This document shows, in pieces, positions 11,946 through 23,421 of a DNA stretch of 64,000 nt (position 1 is its first letter; every line of letters starts with the position of its first letter). The stretch comes from Salisapilia sapeloensis CBS 127946. Its lineage: Eukaryota > Protista > Oomycota. The notes under the pieces are model-generated. The model saw only the letters and a program-made list of their open reading frames with translations, was not told where the DNA came from and ran no database searches. The DNA lies in the NCBI GenBank assembly GCA_023334545.1, contig JAADVB010000033.1:1-64000 (forward strand), given 5' to 3'. The position numbers were made by a program, and so were the translations under genes.

Positions 11946-13448
11946 CTACATCCAATCGGCTCGACGACTGCCATCATTTGCCAAGGTAGAAGCATCGGCA
12001 ATACCAGTCTTTTGAATCTGTTCGATCAGCTCCTCCCATCCATCTACCGCCGACGCTTCCGAAATACTATCACTCATGGATCCATTCGTTGCGATTAAAC
12101 TATGATCGTCATCCGACTTGCCCATATCTAACATTGGTGTTGTATCGTTGGACATCATTGAGGCGCCACGTAGTGATATTAAGGACGCTGCTCGAGGGCT
12201 AAGCTCATAGGGTACCCCTTCGCATATGGCATCCTCAGGAAGCGATGTAATTCTGGTAGAAACCTCTTTCACGCGACTCGGGTCCACGAGTGTTGTTCCT
12301 GCCTTGGGATTCTCAAACCTACCTGCCAAAACTTCCTGCCGAGCTATTATAAATGTGTTTGTCTCTTTCACCTTCTTATCACATAGGGTGCATATCTCCA
12401 CTTTCGTACGAGATAAGCGAAGCTTTGGTAAGATATCAATGGTCTCCCATTGCAAAATGCAATATCGGCATGCGGAGACTCCACATAAGTCACATACGGT
12501 TGGTTGCTGGAAGAACGAAAAGGTTTTGAGACAGATTTGGCAGCGCGTAGGTAAAGCCGAATCAGGATCGGAGCCCGCTTTGTTAGAACGTCCCTGTGCA
12601 TGCTGGCCTTGGCATAACATCCAACTGAGCTTCTTCCGATTGGCGCAGTAAAGAGCGCGGTCGCTGATCATAAATGCATCTGCAACGAACAAGACAGCTA
12701 TTTTGTCTAAAAGGTTGTTGTAAACTTCATAGTAGCCTTTGATGAACACTTCCACCTCATTATTTGGAAGTTGTCGAAACAATGTGCAGCAGGAGGCTCG
12801 GGCACGTACAACATTTCGCTCCGTCAGACGCGGAATCGACGGCAGATCAATTGCGTGCACGAGTTTGTAACCCACCCTTTCGCCATTATCTCTCCGAAGA
12901 ATACCAGAAGCACAGAGATGCACGCTATCTCGTTTCTTGGCTATTTTGCTGAGGAGCGGTGGAGGACCTACGAGAGCCCATTGAATCTTTATCGATTGAA
13001 ATGGCTGGTCTGCGGTCGGACTCTCGATATAACTGACGACTTGCAAATCGTATATTATGTTGTGTGCTGAAACATTGGTCAGCATCATCCCTTGCTGCAT
13101 TGCAGCTTCATCGTGATAGGTCGCTCCGTACATCACTTCGTCAATCGTACCTTTATTCGTCCCGTGGCCTACGAGGACTCCGGGGTGTGCCACATCTTGG
13201 TCGTATAGATCTGGCATCCGCTCTCCTCGACGGCGAGGATGCCGCTCTTTGTACATTGTGATGTTATTTTGGCTCTTCACAGTTTTCCAGTGCTTTAAGT
13301 TTAACTCTCGTGAGCGAGAGGAGTTGAACCGGTCGTAGTCTTTCAGGGTCTCGTGGATGCAGACCATTGCAATATGTTTCTTTTCAGCTTTCTGTTGATC
13401 ATTCAACTCGAGCTGAGGGAATGTGTCCGCGTGTAAACGCTCAGCCAT
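11946..13448 (-). CDS. START-like + FYVE zinc finger protein (oomycete-expanded family)
   Basis: FPQLEL start typical of the family, HWKTVKSQNNITMYKER START-like region, and CQICLKTF...CDLCGVSACRYC...ICTLC finger. Start set at MAERL (ATG 13448). Confidence 0.85.
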   Translation of the reverse strand: MAERLHADTFPQLELNDQQKAEKKHIAMVCIHETLKDYDRFNSSRSRELNLKHWKTVKSQNNITMYKERHPRRRGERMPDLYDQDVAHPGVLVGHGTNKGTIDEVMYGATYHDEAAMQQGMMLTNVSAHNIIYDLQVVSYIESPTADQPFQSIKIQWALVGPPPLLSKIAKKRDSVHLCASGILRRDNGERVGYKLVHAIDLPSIPRLTERNVVRARASCCTLFRQLPNNEVEVFIKGYYEVYNNLLDKIAVLFVADAFMISDRALYCANRKKLSWMLCQGQHAQGRSNKAGSDPDSALPTRCQICLKTFSFFQQPTVCDLCGVSACRYCILQWETIDILPKLRLSRTKVEICTLCDKKVKETNTFIIARQEVLAGRFENPKAGTTLVDPSRVKEVSTRITSLPEDAICEGVPYELSPRAASLISLRGASMMSNDTTPMLDMGKSDDDHSLIATNGSMSDSISEASAVDGWEELIEQIQKTGIADASTLANDGSRRADWM

Positions 13449-15655
13449 GGCACTTGATGATTCTAGTGTGTCTTGAGAGAGACTTTGCGGAATGACAGGA
13501 AGAAAGGTTCTGCTCGAGAATGCCGAACGATAGACTGTGCAAAGAAGATACGAATACAAGATGAACTTGCGAGCAGATGATGGTAGCCTCAACTCATCAA
13601 GCATAGCGTATCCATAAACTGGGATCGTGGAAGCTTCGGGGGTCGTAAATGTTCGAACAGCCAGGTTCACTTCAAGAGATGGACTCCTTTTCTTACAAAT
13701 GGACAAAGCTTTCATCGCAGATTTGGAAAACCAAAGTTTAAAGTTTGCAGAAGGTCAGTCATCTGTGTCTGCGATGAACGTCGCCATCCTGTATATAGTG
13801 TACGTCCACGAGTTAAACCCTCACTGCTTTTATTGTAAAAATTCCTCTTGCACATAGATATATCATTCTTGGTAAATATATCAAACTTGATAAGACCCAC
13901 ATAGAGTACTTCTCTCACATTCTACATAAAACTGACCGGACGACAAGCATACTTGCCTGCAACCGAGCCCGTGCCTCGTCCTTTGCTATGCTTCCTTTGG
14001 CTGTTTTCTGACTATAGACATTTCAAGCATACGGTAATCGAAATCAGCTACTTACATAGGTAACTCGTTTCGAAATACCGCGTGCAAAATCGCATAGACC
14101 GAGAGCCGAAAAATAAAAGCCAGAGAGGTGAACTTCTAAAACGCTTTTTACCAATTTAGATACCGCCTAATCGCTGAAAATTGGATTTATTAATTCTTTT
14201 ATTAATTAATACAGTACATTATTTAATTATCTTACAAGGTTCACGTGATCGATACTATGCGTCTATCGCACAACCCTTGCAGGAAATTTGTATTATACAA
14301 ACCCATCGAATATGATGAGCTACCTTGTACTTAAATAATTCACACAAGGACGTTGATACACTAGAAAATGACAGCGACGATTCATTCCATGTTTTGTTTT
14401 ATGATCTATCCTATAAATGCATTGTCAAACTCGTTTGCAAATAAAGCAAAGAGCACAACTTTATTCATTAAGACGAAAAGCCCAAACAATCGCATCTTCT
14501 GTTTTGTTGCGTTAATGCACTATAATTTATTGATCATTTAAATTCCTGGTCACGAGGTCTGGATGGCTCCACTGTAAACGAGAGAGCTTGTGTATCCCTT
14601 CGAACTTTGCTCCCAAATAAAAAGAGTTGCATGGTTTAGACGCCAACAGTTATCCATCGTGTGTGCATAAGCTTGATTGACCTCATCTAGAGCAAATGAT
14701 CGATAGAGTTGGAAACATAAGAAGGCAAACAGTGGATTGATACGAAGAATTCATCGCCTTCGACCGATCGTGTGGATCCCTCGGTAACATTTTTATGAGC
14801 TCTGGCACTAAACCCCTCGTCGGTACTACTGTCTACATGTAGCTTCGTCAATATACTAGCTGTTAATACCGCAGTGATAAAGAATATCATTTTCGCGAGG
14901 ACTATTGTGTGGAGCGATAGGCTGCTAACAGGAATATAAAAAGATATAAGCAACTTGAGTTTCGGACACGAACGTGGATATGGAAACCTTCTATCTAAGT
15001 TTCTAGTACCTGCAGCTCAAGGCCAGAATCAGACAGCATAAAACTGTTAAATGGCCTCCAAATCCATGCTGTCTGCATTTGAAGGAACACAAGATGCAAT
15101 TACTTTTTCAAGTAAAGGTAGATCAAAGGTTTGGATACGTATAGAGGAGTTACAAGAGAAAATTATTGCTTCAAATCTTTATAAAGCTTAGAAATCCACC
15201 GCCAGGTCAAAACTGATTACGAGCAGTGTCACACTGGAGTGCATGCATGTACTGAATGGACATGAAACTCTAGCTGTTCACCCAGTTCCAATTATAATGA
15301 TGTAGTTACTGGACTAAGCACGTCTCCATTTTAGCACTAAGCTTTGACATGCAGAAGAAAAGAACTATTGAAGGTTTTATAAATGATGTAGAATTGTTGT
15401 GACATGCAAGCGGATGTCAACCCTACTTCGACAAGCCTAAAAGGAGATCTTTCCGCAGGCACAGAGGGAAATGCGATAAGCTATCAAACGAATATCATCA
15501 TGCATGATGCAACACAGTAGATTGGTTCATCTTTAACGTTTGTTGTATTCTCATCATGTTAAATTGTATCGAAGTATTTAAATTGTCTCCACGACAAGCA
15601 GCAATATATTCCACGATCAAGTCCAACCAATTGCCTATGTAAAATCATCCATGCT

Positions 15656-17378
15656 CTACACATGACCTACAACACCCGTCGGGTTTCCTAGAGACGGTCT
15701 CTCCTTGTATTTAAACCGTAGAAAAGCAAAATCATCTCCAGCACGGTCTCGGACACTCCGGTCTAGCCTCGGCAAATGAATGTTCAGCACGTCATCCAAG
15801 AAGCTCGATTGTTCACTTGAAAAGACCGGAATTTCTTCCAGCTCCATTGACTCCAGTGCTACTTCTAATCCAGGTCGCACTGCGTCCCATTCGTTCATCG
15901 TCTCCGTGCACACTTTATCCGACTTCCAAAGCACAGATGAGTACAGTCGACGGAATGTGTTCGGGAGCCACTGCAGCACATTTTCTCTCTTGCTTTCCAG
16001 ATTGAGCTGACTGGTACGCCACAAGGCGACGTTCCCCGAGCAGGATGTAAGCACGATCTTTGCGAATGTTGCCAGGCGGAAAGTAGATTTCGACTTTGCT
16101 ACCTGCTTCTCCCAACTACGTTCCCAAGCTGCCTTATTTTCGGTCGATGTCGTTTGGTCAACAGCATCTCTCGTCTCTATCGGCCCGTTGCCAAGTGTCT
16201 TGAAGAGATAGTAGGCAGTAACCGCGACTCCAGTCGCGATGCCTGCAATCTGTAATCTTTTCCAAAACGTTTTCGACTCCATGTACTCTTGTCGACACGC
16301 CTGCAGCACGGAAATGTGCATTTTTAAGCGAGAAGCAGTGGATTTTAGTAGACTCAAAGTATTATCCGTCGCACGGTCAGGTGCTCTCTGTACTTCTCGC
16401 ACGACTTCCCCGCGTATGCCATCGAACTCATGTTCAAAGATACGACGGACATCCAACGCACTCGTGGCATCAGATAGCTTCAGCTGTGGTTGGGGAACAT
16501 ACATGGTGTAGATGAACGGAAGGTCTTTTCGAGGGATCACTTTGCTTAGATTCCAGCATAACGCTCCATACGCTCGAGCTACGTGCGTTTATTAGTCTCT
16601 GTTTGAACGCATAGATAATTAGAATGTCCGTACCAAAGTCATGGACAGTCTGGAAGTCATCCACTTTGTTCAAAATAAGCAGCATCTTGCTTGATAGGCC
16701 TCGTAATGAACTTGTGAGGACATCGAGTGTCTCAAATGTCGTTCCTGGTTTATCCGGATCGAACATGACGAGGATAACATCAGCACGGTCTGCAAACCAA
16801 CGAACGACCTGCTTGAAGTCGTACCCACGGTCCGTATCCGACCTTCCCTCTGGGGAAGACGTGCCAGGAGGATCGATCATACCGGGCGAATCCACTAGCA
16901 TCAGGCCACCATCGTCCAGTAATGGACTTCCCTTGATCATTTTCAGCTCTACTTGAGAAACAAAGTCCGTTCCAAACAAGGAACGGATATCCTGGAAGCC
17001 ATACTTGTTGTGTCGAGCCATAGAGGCACCATCCATGCGCTCCGGTCGATCGCCGCCGACCATGATCGTAAACGTAGAGTCCGTCGGTGCTCTCCCTGTT
17101 TTCTGTACTTCCTGCCCTAGCATGTGATTGATAAAGGTACTTTTCCCAGAGCTGTGGTTGCCCAAGACAAGCACCATGGGCTGATTCACGGAGCTAAAGG
17201 ACGGGAATTTGGCATCTTGACGAGTACTGTCCATTATAGGTCATATTCAGCATTCCGAGTGTTATATATAAAAATTTAGCATTGCATCTTACTTTTCAAG
17301 ACGTTGGTAGATCGTATTGACCTCCGACTGGATCATGCGGTTGACCTCGCCGGCCACACGCACCTCAGATTCGCCCAT
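15656..17378 (-). CDS. EHD/sarcalumenin-type dynamin-like GTPase with a TM segment, no EH domain (at least 2 introns)
   Basis: G1 GNHSSGKST, G2 APTD, G3 DSPGMID, G4 NKVD. Upstream exon MGESEVRV at 17378; introns near 17291-17227 and 16641-16581; hydrophobic LQIAGIATGVAVTAYYLF. Confidence 0.82.
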
Positions 17379-17516
17379 CTCTCGCTCCCGTTGCTTGTCA
17401 AATTTTGAATTGTATCTGATCTACTCGGACATTTAACCTTTTTAAGATAGAGTTGTGTCCATGGATTATGGATCGTGTTGGCTGGTCAGCCATATTTGGT
17501 CATAACAATAGGAAGC

Positions 17517-18974
17517 ATGTCCACTCGTAAGCGTCGAGGTAGTGCCAAGCCAACATCGGTGTCGAAGCGGAAGAAGGCAGTCGGCGACGATGCATTCGAC
17601 TGGTCAGGAGGTAAAGACGATGAGGTGATTCCATCCGACAGTGATGCAAAGAGCCCTACGTCCGGTGAGAGCGAAGACGAGTCGGACGAAGAGGACCCAC
17701 AGGAGAAGCGTATTCGTCTTGCAAAGGGTTATTTGGATAATATCAAAGCCCAGGAAGGACAAGGCTCTGGTGACGAAGGTGACGAGTTGGATGAAAAAGT
17801 TAGCTCTCGTCTACAAGAGGATGCAATGGAAGCCATGGGCAAGACGTTTAAGCAGGTTGCTGATTACTTGGAAGAGTTCGAGTTTGACGAAGAGTCTACC
17901 AAGTTTTTAAAAGGCCATAGAGTACGTATATCCTACTGTTTAACCCGTATCAAGCTAACAGTTGCATAGCTCCCCGTGACGTCGGTATGCCTATCGGAAG
18001 ATGGCCGGACAGCGTTTTCGTCAGCCAAGGACGGATCTATTTTCAAATGGGACTTGGCGACATCCAAGAAATCCAAGTTGCAACTCCCAGCAGATGATGA
18101 AGCAGGCCAAAAAGCAATCACGGATCACGAACGAGCGGTCTATTCGTTGGCACTTAGCTCCGATGGCAAGTTCCTTGTCAGTGGTGGTGCCGATCGTCTC
18201 GTACGTGTGTGGGATCCTGTCTCGAATGAGCTGCAGGAAAGCTTTTCCGGTCACCGAGACACCGTTTCGTCTGTTGTTTTCCGTAAAAAGTCTCATGCGC
18301 TCTTTTCTGGTTCCTTCGATCGATCTGTGAAGCAGTGGAACTTGACCGACATGGGATACGTCGAGTCTCTATTCGGCCACCAGGCCGAAGTGCAATGTCT
18401 CGCGAGTCTTCACAAGGAACGTGTCGTCAGCTGCGGTCGTGATCGCTCCGTCCGCTTCTGGAAGATCCCGGAGGAAACCCAGCTTGTCTTCCATGGTAAC
18501 CAAGGCTGCTCCTTGGATTGCATTGCGATGGTCACGGAAGAAAGCTACGTCACGGGAGGTGACGATGGCAGTCTCACGCTCTGGTCGAACGGAAGGAAGA
18601 AGCCGTTGCATGTCGTTGAGAATGCGCATGGTGGAAAATGGATTAATAGCGTAGCTGTGTTGCCTCGATCGGACCTCGTGGCGTCTGGATCGAGTGACGG
18701 AGTGATCCGACTATGGAAGGCTGATCTTCAGGCTAGATCGTTGACACAAGTAGCTACGATTCCTATGACCGGTCATGTAAATGCACTGTGCTTTGATGAG
18801 AAAGCGAGGTTCCTCCTGGCTGGTGTAGGCAAGGAGCATCGATTCGGCCGATGGGAGTGTCTGAAAAAGGCACCGAACGGGCTAGCGATCGTGGCGCTAC
18901 CGTCCTTGTCAGACGACGCAGAGGCAGAAGAGGAGGAAGAGGATAGCGAGGTGAGTGAGAAGGAAGATGCATAG
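17517..18974 (+). CDS. RRP9: U3 snoRNP WD40 protein (U3-55K/Rrp9)
   Basis: Basic then acidic N-terminus (QEKRIRLAKGYL), WD40 repeats (GHRDTVSSV, GSFDRSVKQW, ESLFGHQ), GVGKEHRFGRW near the C-terminus. One intron near 17921-17969 gives GHR|LPVTSV. Confidence 0.88.
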
Positions 18975-19040
18975 GTAGAAGCGAAAACAATATACGATCG
19001 AAAGAAGTTGATATGCATTGGTTTATACCGTCGAGAACGA

Positions 19041-19433
19041 CTAGCCGAGGGAGAAAGACGAAGCTCCTCCTGGTGGAGCATGGATGCGAGTGATACGACG
19101 ATCTGTCAGTACGTTTCCATTGTTCTGACTTGCGCCCGAGGCGTACTGGTTTGACGATAGCTGCTGCTTATCTTGCTCTACGTCCTTATGGTTAGACTTA
19201 GTCTGGGTTTCCAGACCAGGAATGTCGGCTTTATTGTAGAATGGAGACTCGGGCGATTGCTGTGGCATAGGTCGTTGCGCTCGACGACTGACCCTCTCGA
19301 CAGGGGCCGTATCATCTCCACCACCAAAGATGAGCGAACCCATGCTAGACTGACCTCCAGGTGGACAATGCAGACGTGTGCTCGATCGACTCGAGATGAA
19401 GTTGTCGACGTTCTGCGACTTTGTGTGCGCCAT
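19041..19433 (-). CDS. Small microtubule-associated-type protein with two PPGG motifs (Jupiter/HN1- or SPIRAL1-like)
   Basis: SSTRLHCPPGGQSSMGSLIFGGG at the N-terminus and TRIHAPPGGASSFSLG at the C-terminus. Confidence 0.7.
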   Translation of the reverse strand: MAHTKSQNVDNFISSRSSTRLHCPPGGQSSMGSLIFGGGDDTAPVERVSRRAQRPMPQQSPESPFYNKADIPGLETQTKSNHKDVEQDKQQLSSNQYASGASQNNGNVLTDRRITRIHAPPGGASSFSLG

Positions 19434-19672
19434 CGTGAAGGATGATTTGTTGATCCGGGAGGTTTGAGTAGCAGCACCAAAGAAGAGAAGTGAGCGTCAT
19501 ATGAAGAGAGAGCTGTAGCCGGTAGAGTTACGAGCTCGAATTAGATTTCCATGAAACGAGAATTTTGGTGTATTTATACGATTCTTATCCATCGCTGGAC
19601 AAGAGCAAGTCTTATCTGCTTGTATCAGATCCATCTAGGGACTGATTTACTTGTCATGTACGCCTCGGCGTG

Positions 19673-20155
19673 TTATCTGTTGGAAGACAGTGCTTCCAGC
19701 AGGATGTTAAAATCTTCATCAGGGATACTTTCACTGGTGTTGTCGTCGATCTCGGGTAGATCGTTCAGGTCAAAGCTACTGATGAACTCGCCCAACGTCT
19801 TGACATCGTCCTCTGTCAGATCCACGGACGTGGTGCGTGGCACTCCTCGAACTGGGATCGTGACACCACCCTTTGTGGTCGCCATCGCTGGCTGCCCAGC
19901 AGCGATCCGCTGACGCTCCTTTTCCTCGTACTCTTGCTGCATCCGCTGGTCCTCTCGTCGTCGTCGCTCTAACCGGCGCTGATTGAAGTTCGCCTTAACA
20001 CGATGGTATTCACAAAACCGGTGCAGCTGCCCATCCTGCTTCACCGCTCGTTTGTTCGAGCAAGGCTTACTCGGATACTTGCATCGAGCATCCTCATTCT
20101 CAGCACTTGTCGAGATAAGCAAGTGCTGCGCGGCAGAAGCTGTTTGGGAAGTCAT
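19673..20155 (-). CDS. Oomycete Cys/His-domain protein (M96 mating-specific-like family)
   Basis: CKYPSKPCSNKRAVKQDGQLHRFCEYHRVKANFNQRR matches the C-x-Y-x-x-K-x-C-x-N-x-R...H-x-x-C-x-x-HR-x-KAN pattern common in oomycetes; acidic C-terminus. Confidence 0.75.
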   Translation of the reverse strand: MTSQTASAAQHLLISTSAENEDARCKYPSKPCSNKRAVKQDGQLHRFCEYHRVKANFNQRRLERRRREDQRMQQEYEEKERQRIAAGQPAMATTKGGVTIPVRGVPRTTSVDLTEDDVKTLGEFISSFDLNDLPEIDDNTSESIPDEDFNILLEALSSNR

Positions 20156-20170
20156 CTTGTTTCGATAGAA

Positions 20171-20229
20171 CGTGAAAAGAGCTTGTTTACTTGGCGTGAA
20201 AAGAGCTTGTTTACTTGGGGTGAAAAGCT
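20171..20229. repeat. 24-bp direct tandem repeat, 2 perfect units plus a partial third
   Basis: cgtgaaaagagcttgtttacttgg at 20171-20194 and 20195-20218, followed by ggtgaaaagc. Confidence 0.95.
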
Positions 20230-20716
20230 AGAGTGAGGTCAAGCGTTACGGAAGTACTAGCTCAGCAACATTCGATCTTCAGTGATGATCTAGTGTGATA
20301 AAGGGGAGCAGTCACATGGGTTTACCACATCCTGCGGGTTCACTTTGTAGTAATTTCGAGTAGAGAGATGTACATGGTAATCGAATCGCAGTATCCACTT
20401 CCATATGAACATTCGAACGAGGTCGCATGAGATATATAGTTATTGGAATGACAGCCAGATAGAACTATATTAGCCCACTCTTGTCGCTTCAGGAAAAGTA
20501 TCCTGCGATCTACCACATGGCTTCACCCATGTCATGACTTGACTCATCGCATATGTGCACCCGCAACGTCTGGCAGATAATCGACCGACCAAAGTATCCA
20601 GCTACAAGAGTCTTCTAAGAAACACGGGACATGTTCGTAGCCAAAGAAAGTTTTTTATTCCTGTTTTAGGTTTCTCGTAAAAAAAAGGAAAACGATGCCA
20701 TGTCCGACCAAGAGGT

Positions 20717-22099
20717 CTAATCGACCTCTGTCGTGTCCGCATTAATGTTCAAATCAAGCTCTTCTCCAGTAATGCGTTTGTACAAGTCCAGAACGTCATC
20801 TGCCGTTGTCTCAAAGTGGCTCGTCGCGTCATACGACGTACTGATAAAGCAATTGTCATCCTTCCCGTCTCCCTTCGGCTCGTACATGTCCGTGACAGAA
20901 TCAAAGCGGTCGACGTACTGTCCAAGGAGCTTGACGCCAGGTTCCAGTTCTTGCAACGGCTCGTTCGTCTCGACCAAAGTGCTCACGATCGCAACGTACA
21001 TGCCATTCGCGGCAACGCAGTGGGCGCTAGAGACGACGCAGACGTAAATGTCGTGCGAGCGATTCGCCTGTGCGGCAGGGATGATAATCTGGAGGCTCTC
21101 GGCGTCATTCGTGTTCGGGATCGGGTGGTCCAGTAGGAAGATACTGCGAACCGTCTTTCCGTTCTTCACGAGCTTGTCGTCGTTAAAGTAGGACGGGTCA
21201 CCGATGACCATCTTGGCTTTCGCCATCTCATTGTCGCACTTGATACCCCACGCCTTTCCATCCTCGTCCTTGAGGATCTCATCGACGCCACGGTTGAGCA
21301 TAAAGGTTCCGCCGTGGATAGCACACAGGCGCGAGAAACCTTCCGGGAGACCTCCAAGGCCGTAGATCGGGTAGATGTACGGAGACTTGCCGTATCTCTC
21401 GAGCGAGTACGCGTACAGCTTGATGGCACGCACGGTCTCAATGGCCGGACGCTGCATGTAGCTTTCGTCTCGCATGAGCGCCATGGCGTGTCCCATGAAG
21501 CTCTGAGTGTTCGCATCGACACCGTACTTTTCAAAGAGTTCACTCATGGGCTGCGTATGCAAATCCATGCCTTCATGCGTCTTCTTATCGTCTTCATCGT
21601 AGTTGTAGATAAAGATAAGCAACTTTCGGAATTTACGCTTTTCAAACATGCCCATTAAGGACGTACGCAAGGCTTCATCAGCCGTCGCAGGAACCTTATA
21701 CGTCTTACCACTCTTCACGACGTAACTCCCATCAACGTTCTTGAACTCAAGATAGCGCGTGACTTTGGTATGCAACAAGACTTTGACGAGTTTACCGCAC
21801 GCCATGATGAATTTCGGAATCAAATCGATATTGTAGTCCCTGTTGGAGCCTAAAAAGTCCGGAGGTGTCTCTCCTGGCTTGTACTTGGCGTACAAATTGG
21901 TCAGATTGAGCGAAGCACAGTCGCCGCCGTAGTATGGATTCCTGTCTAAATGCAAGACCTTCTTGCCATTGACAGCAAGGAGGCCACTGATGATACACTC
22001 CTTGAGCCCCGTGCCAAGGATGATGGCATCATACTCTCCGTCTGCGAGGGGGGCGCACCCGTCTTGCAGCCACGCAAAGTCTTGCTTACTTTCGCTCAT
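20717..22099 (-). CDS. GDI: Rab GDP-dissociation inhibitor
   Basis: YDAIILGTGLKECIISGLL, LHLDRNPYYGG, RDYNIDLIPKF, YIYPIYGLGGLPEGFSRLCAIHGGTFML. Intronless, with strong C/G-ending codon bias. Confidence 0.97.
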   Translation of the reverse strand: MSESKQDFAWLQDGCAPLADGEYDAIILGTGLKECIISGLLAVNGKKVLHLDRNPYYGGDCASLNLTNLYAKYKPGETPPDFLGSNRDYNIDLIPKFIMACGKLVKVLLHTKVTRYLEFKNVDGSYVVKSGKTYKVPATADEALRTSLMGMFEKRKFRKLLIFIYNYDEDDKKTHEGMDLHTQPMSELFEKYGVDANTQSFMGHAMALMRDESYMQRPAIETVRAIKLYAYSLERYGKSPYIYPIYGLGGLPEGFSRLCAIHGGTFMLNRGVDEILKDEDGKAWGIKCDNEMAKAKMVIGDPSYFNDDKLVKNGKTVRSIFLLDHPIPNTNDAESLQIIIPAAQANRSHDIYVCVVSSAHCVAANGMYVAIVSTLVETNEPLQELEPGVKLLGQYVDRFDSVTDMYEPKGDGKDDNCFISTSYDATSHFETTADDVLDLYKRITGEELDLNINADTTEVD

Positions 22100-22235
22100 T
22101 TTCAGATCTAATCCGTTTCTACCTCTCTCTCTCTTCTTTAAAATTTCGAATTATTACATCTATTTCCATGGAAATGTATATAAAATATAGAGCTAATATT
22201 CTAGACACCTGCCTTTTTAGTAGAATAAAAAGACC

Positions 22236-23393
22236 ATGTATTGTGGTGATGATGTCGAAGCGGTCGTGGGTGATGTCGGGTCGGGAATAAGTAAATTTGG
22301 ACTTGCTGGGGAAGATACACCCAAGGTCGTCATTCCGACTTTTGTGGGTAGACGTAAAGACGATTCAGTCGTTGTGAATGGTCTCGAAGCCGCGGAGCAA
22401 GTGGAGCTCACGTCTGGAGCGTCAGACTGGGATGCGATGGAAAAGCTTTGGTCGTATGCTTTCCACAATCTACACATCGAGCCAGCGTCTCATCCCGTCA
22501 TCGCGTCGTCTACGAACGATTTGCAACGCTATATGACGATGATGATGGAGACGTTCCAAGTGCCAGCTTTCTACGCTGCTCCAGACGCCGTTTTAAACGC
22601 CTTTGCCTTTGGTCGATCAACTGCCTTAATTGCAGACATTGGCTTCGGTTCCAGTCGTGTCACTCCAGTCGTCGATGGCTACGTCCTGCACCAGCCCAAG
22701 CAGACATCGAGCGTTGGATGCAATCGCTTAGATCAGTACTTGCAGGAAATAGTAGAAAAGAAATACCCAAACGCAGATACGAGTCCTCGTAGGTGCTTTA
22801 GTATATCGTACAATGCGAGTGAGGGTAAAGTCGCTACGCGACGGGAGCATAACATGACGTCAAGTCATCTAGACTACCTCAAGCGACAGCTATTCGCACA
22901 GACGAGAGAGTCCATTTGCTTTACAAGCGGATCACCAGTCGATAACGACGACACGGATGAGTCGCTCGACGAGTCCTTCGAGCTGCCGGACGGACAAGTC
23001 GTGAAGCTCGCGAAAGAGCGGTATCAAGTACCAGAACTCTTGCTCCAGCCTCCAGCTAGCGAAAGCAAGAAGGGATTAAGTAGCATGCTTTATGACGCTG
23101 TGGAAGGCTGCGACGCCGATTTGCGTCGAGACTTACTTTCCAACATCATTCTCTGTGGCGGTGGGAGTCTCACAACCGGTCTGACCGAACGTTTACATCA
23201 GGACTTGACAAGTCGTGTCCCGAGTACCTTTAAAGTCCGTTTCTTGAACGGCGTGCAGGTGGAACATCAGTTCAGTTGTTTCATCGGTGGCTCGATCTTA
23301 GCGTCCCTCGGTAGTTTCCAACAGCTTTGGATATCCAAGCAAGAGTATGAAGAAGTAGGTGTCGATCGACTTTGTCAAGAACGTTTGCAATAA
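22236..23393 (+). CDS. ARP4: Nuclear actin-related protein Arp4/BAF53-like
   Basis: MYCGDDVEAVVGDVGS...AGEDTPK start typical of Arp4; FELPDG, DADLRRDLLSNIILCGG, FIGGSILASLGSFQQLWISKQEYEE. Confidence 0.82.
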   Translation: MYCGDDVEAVVGDVGSGISKFGLAGEDTPKVVIPTFVGRRKDDSVVVNGLEAAEQVELTSGASDWDAMEKLWSYAFHNLHIEPASHPVIASSTNDLQRYMTMMMETFQVPAFYAAPDAVLNAFAFGRSTALIADIGFGSSRVTPVVDGYVLHQPKQTSSVGCNRLDQYLQEIVEKKYPNADTSPRRCFSISYNASEGKVATRREHNMTSSHLDYLKRQLFAQTRESICFTSGSPVDNDDTDESLDESFELPDGQVVKLAKERYQVPELLLQPPASESKKGLSSMLYDAVEGCDADLRRDLLSNIILCGGGSLTTGLTERLHQDLTSRVPSTFKVRFLNGVQVEHQFSCFIGGSILASLGSFQQLWISKQEYEEVGVDRLCQERLQ

Positions 23394-23421
23394 GAGTTGG
23401 AACAAGGAAACATATCTCTTT

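Noticed and set aside
14225-14340. Short inverted repeat (TACAAGGT/ACCTTGTA with AT-rich flanks) as a MITE
   Set aside because: Only 8 bp are perfect in AT-rich DNA, with no clear target duplication or second copy.
14687-14953. RxLR effector
   Set aside because: No RxLR or EER motif after the hydrophobic segment; kept only as a weak secreted-peptide candidate.
20171-20229. CRISPR-like array
   Set aside because: Units are contiguous with no spacers, there are no cas genes, and the context is eukaryotic.
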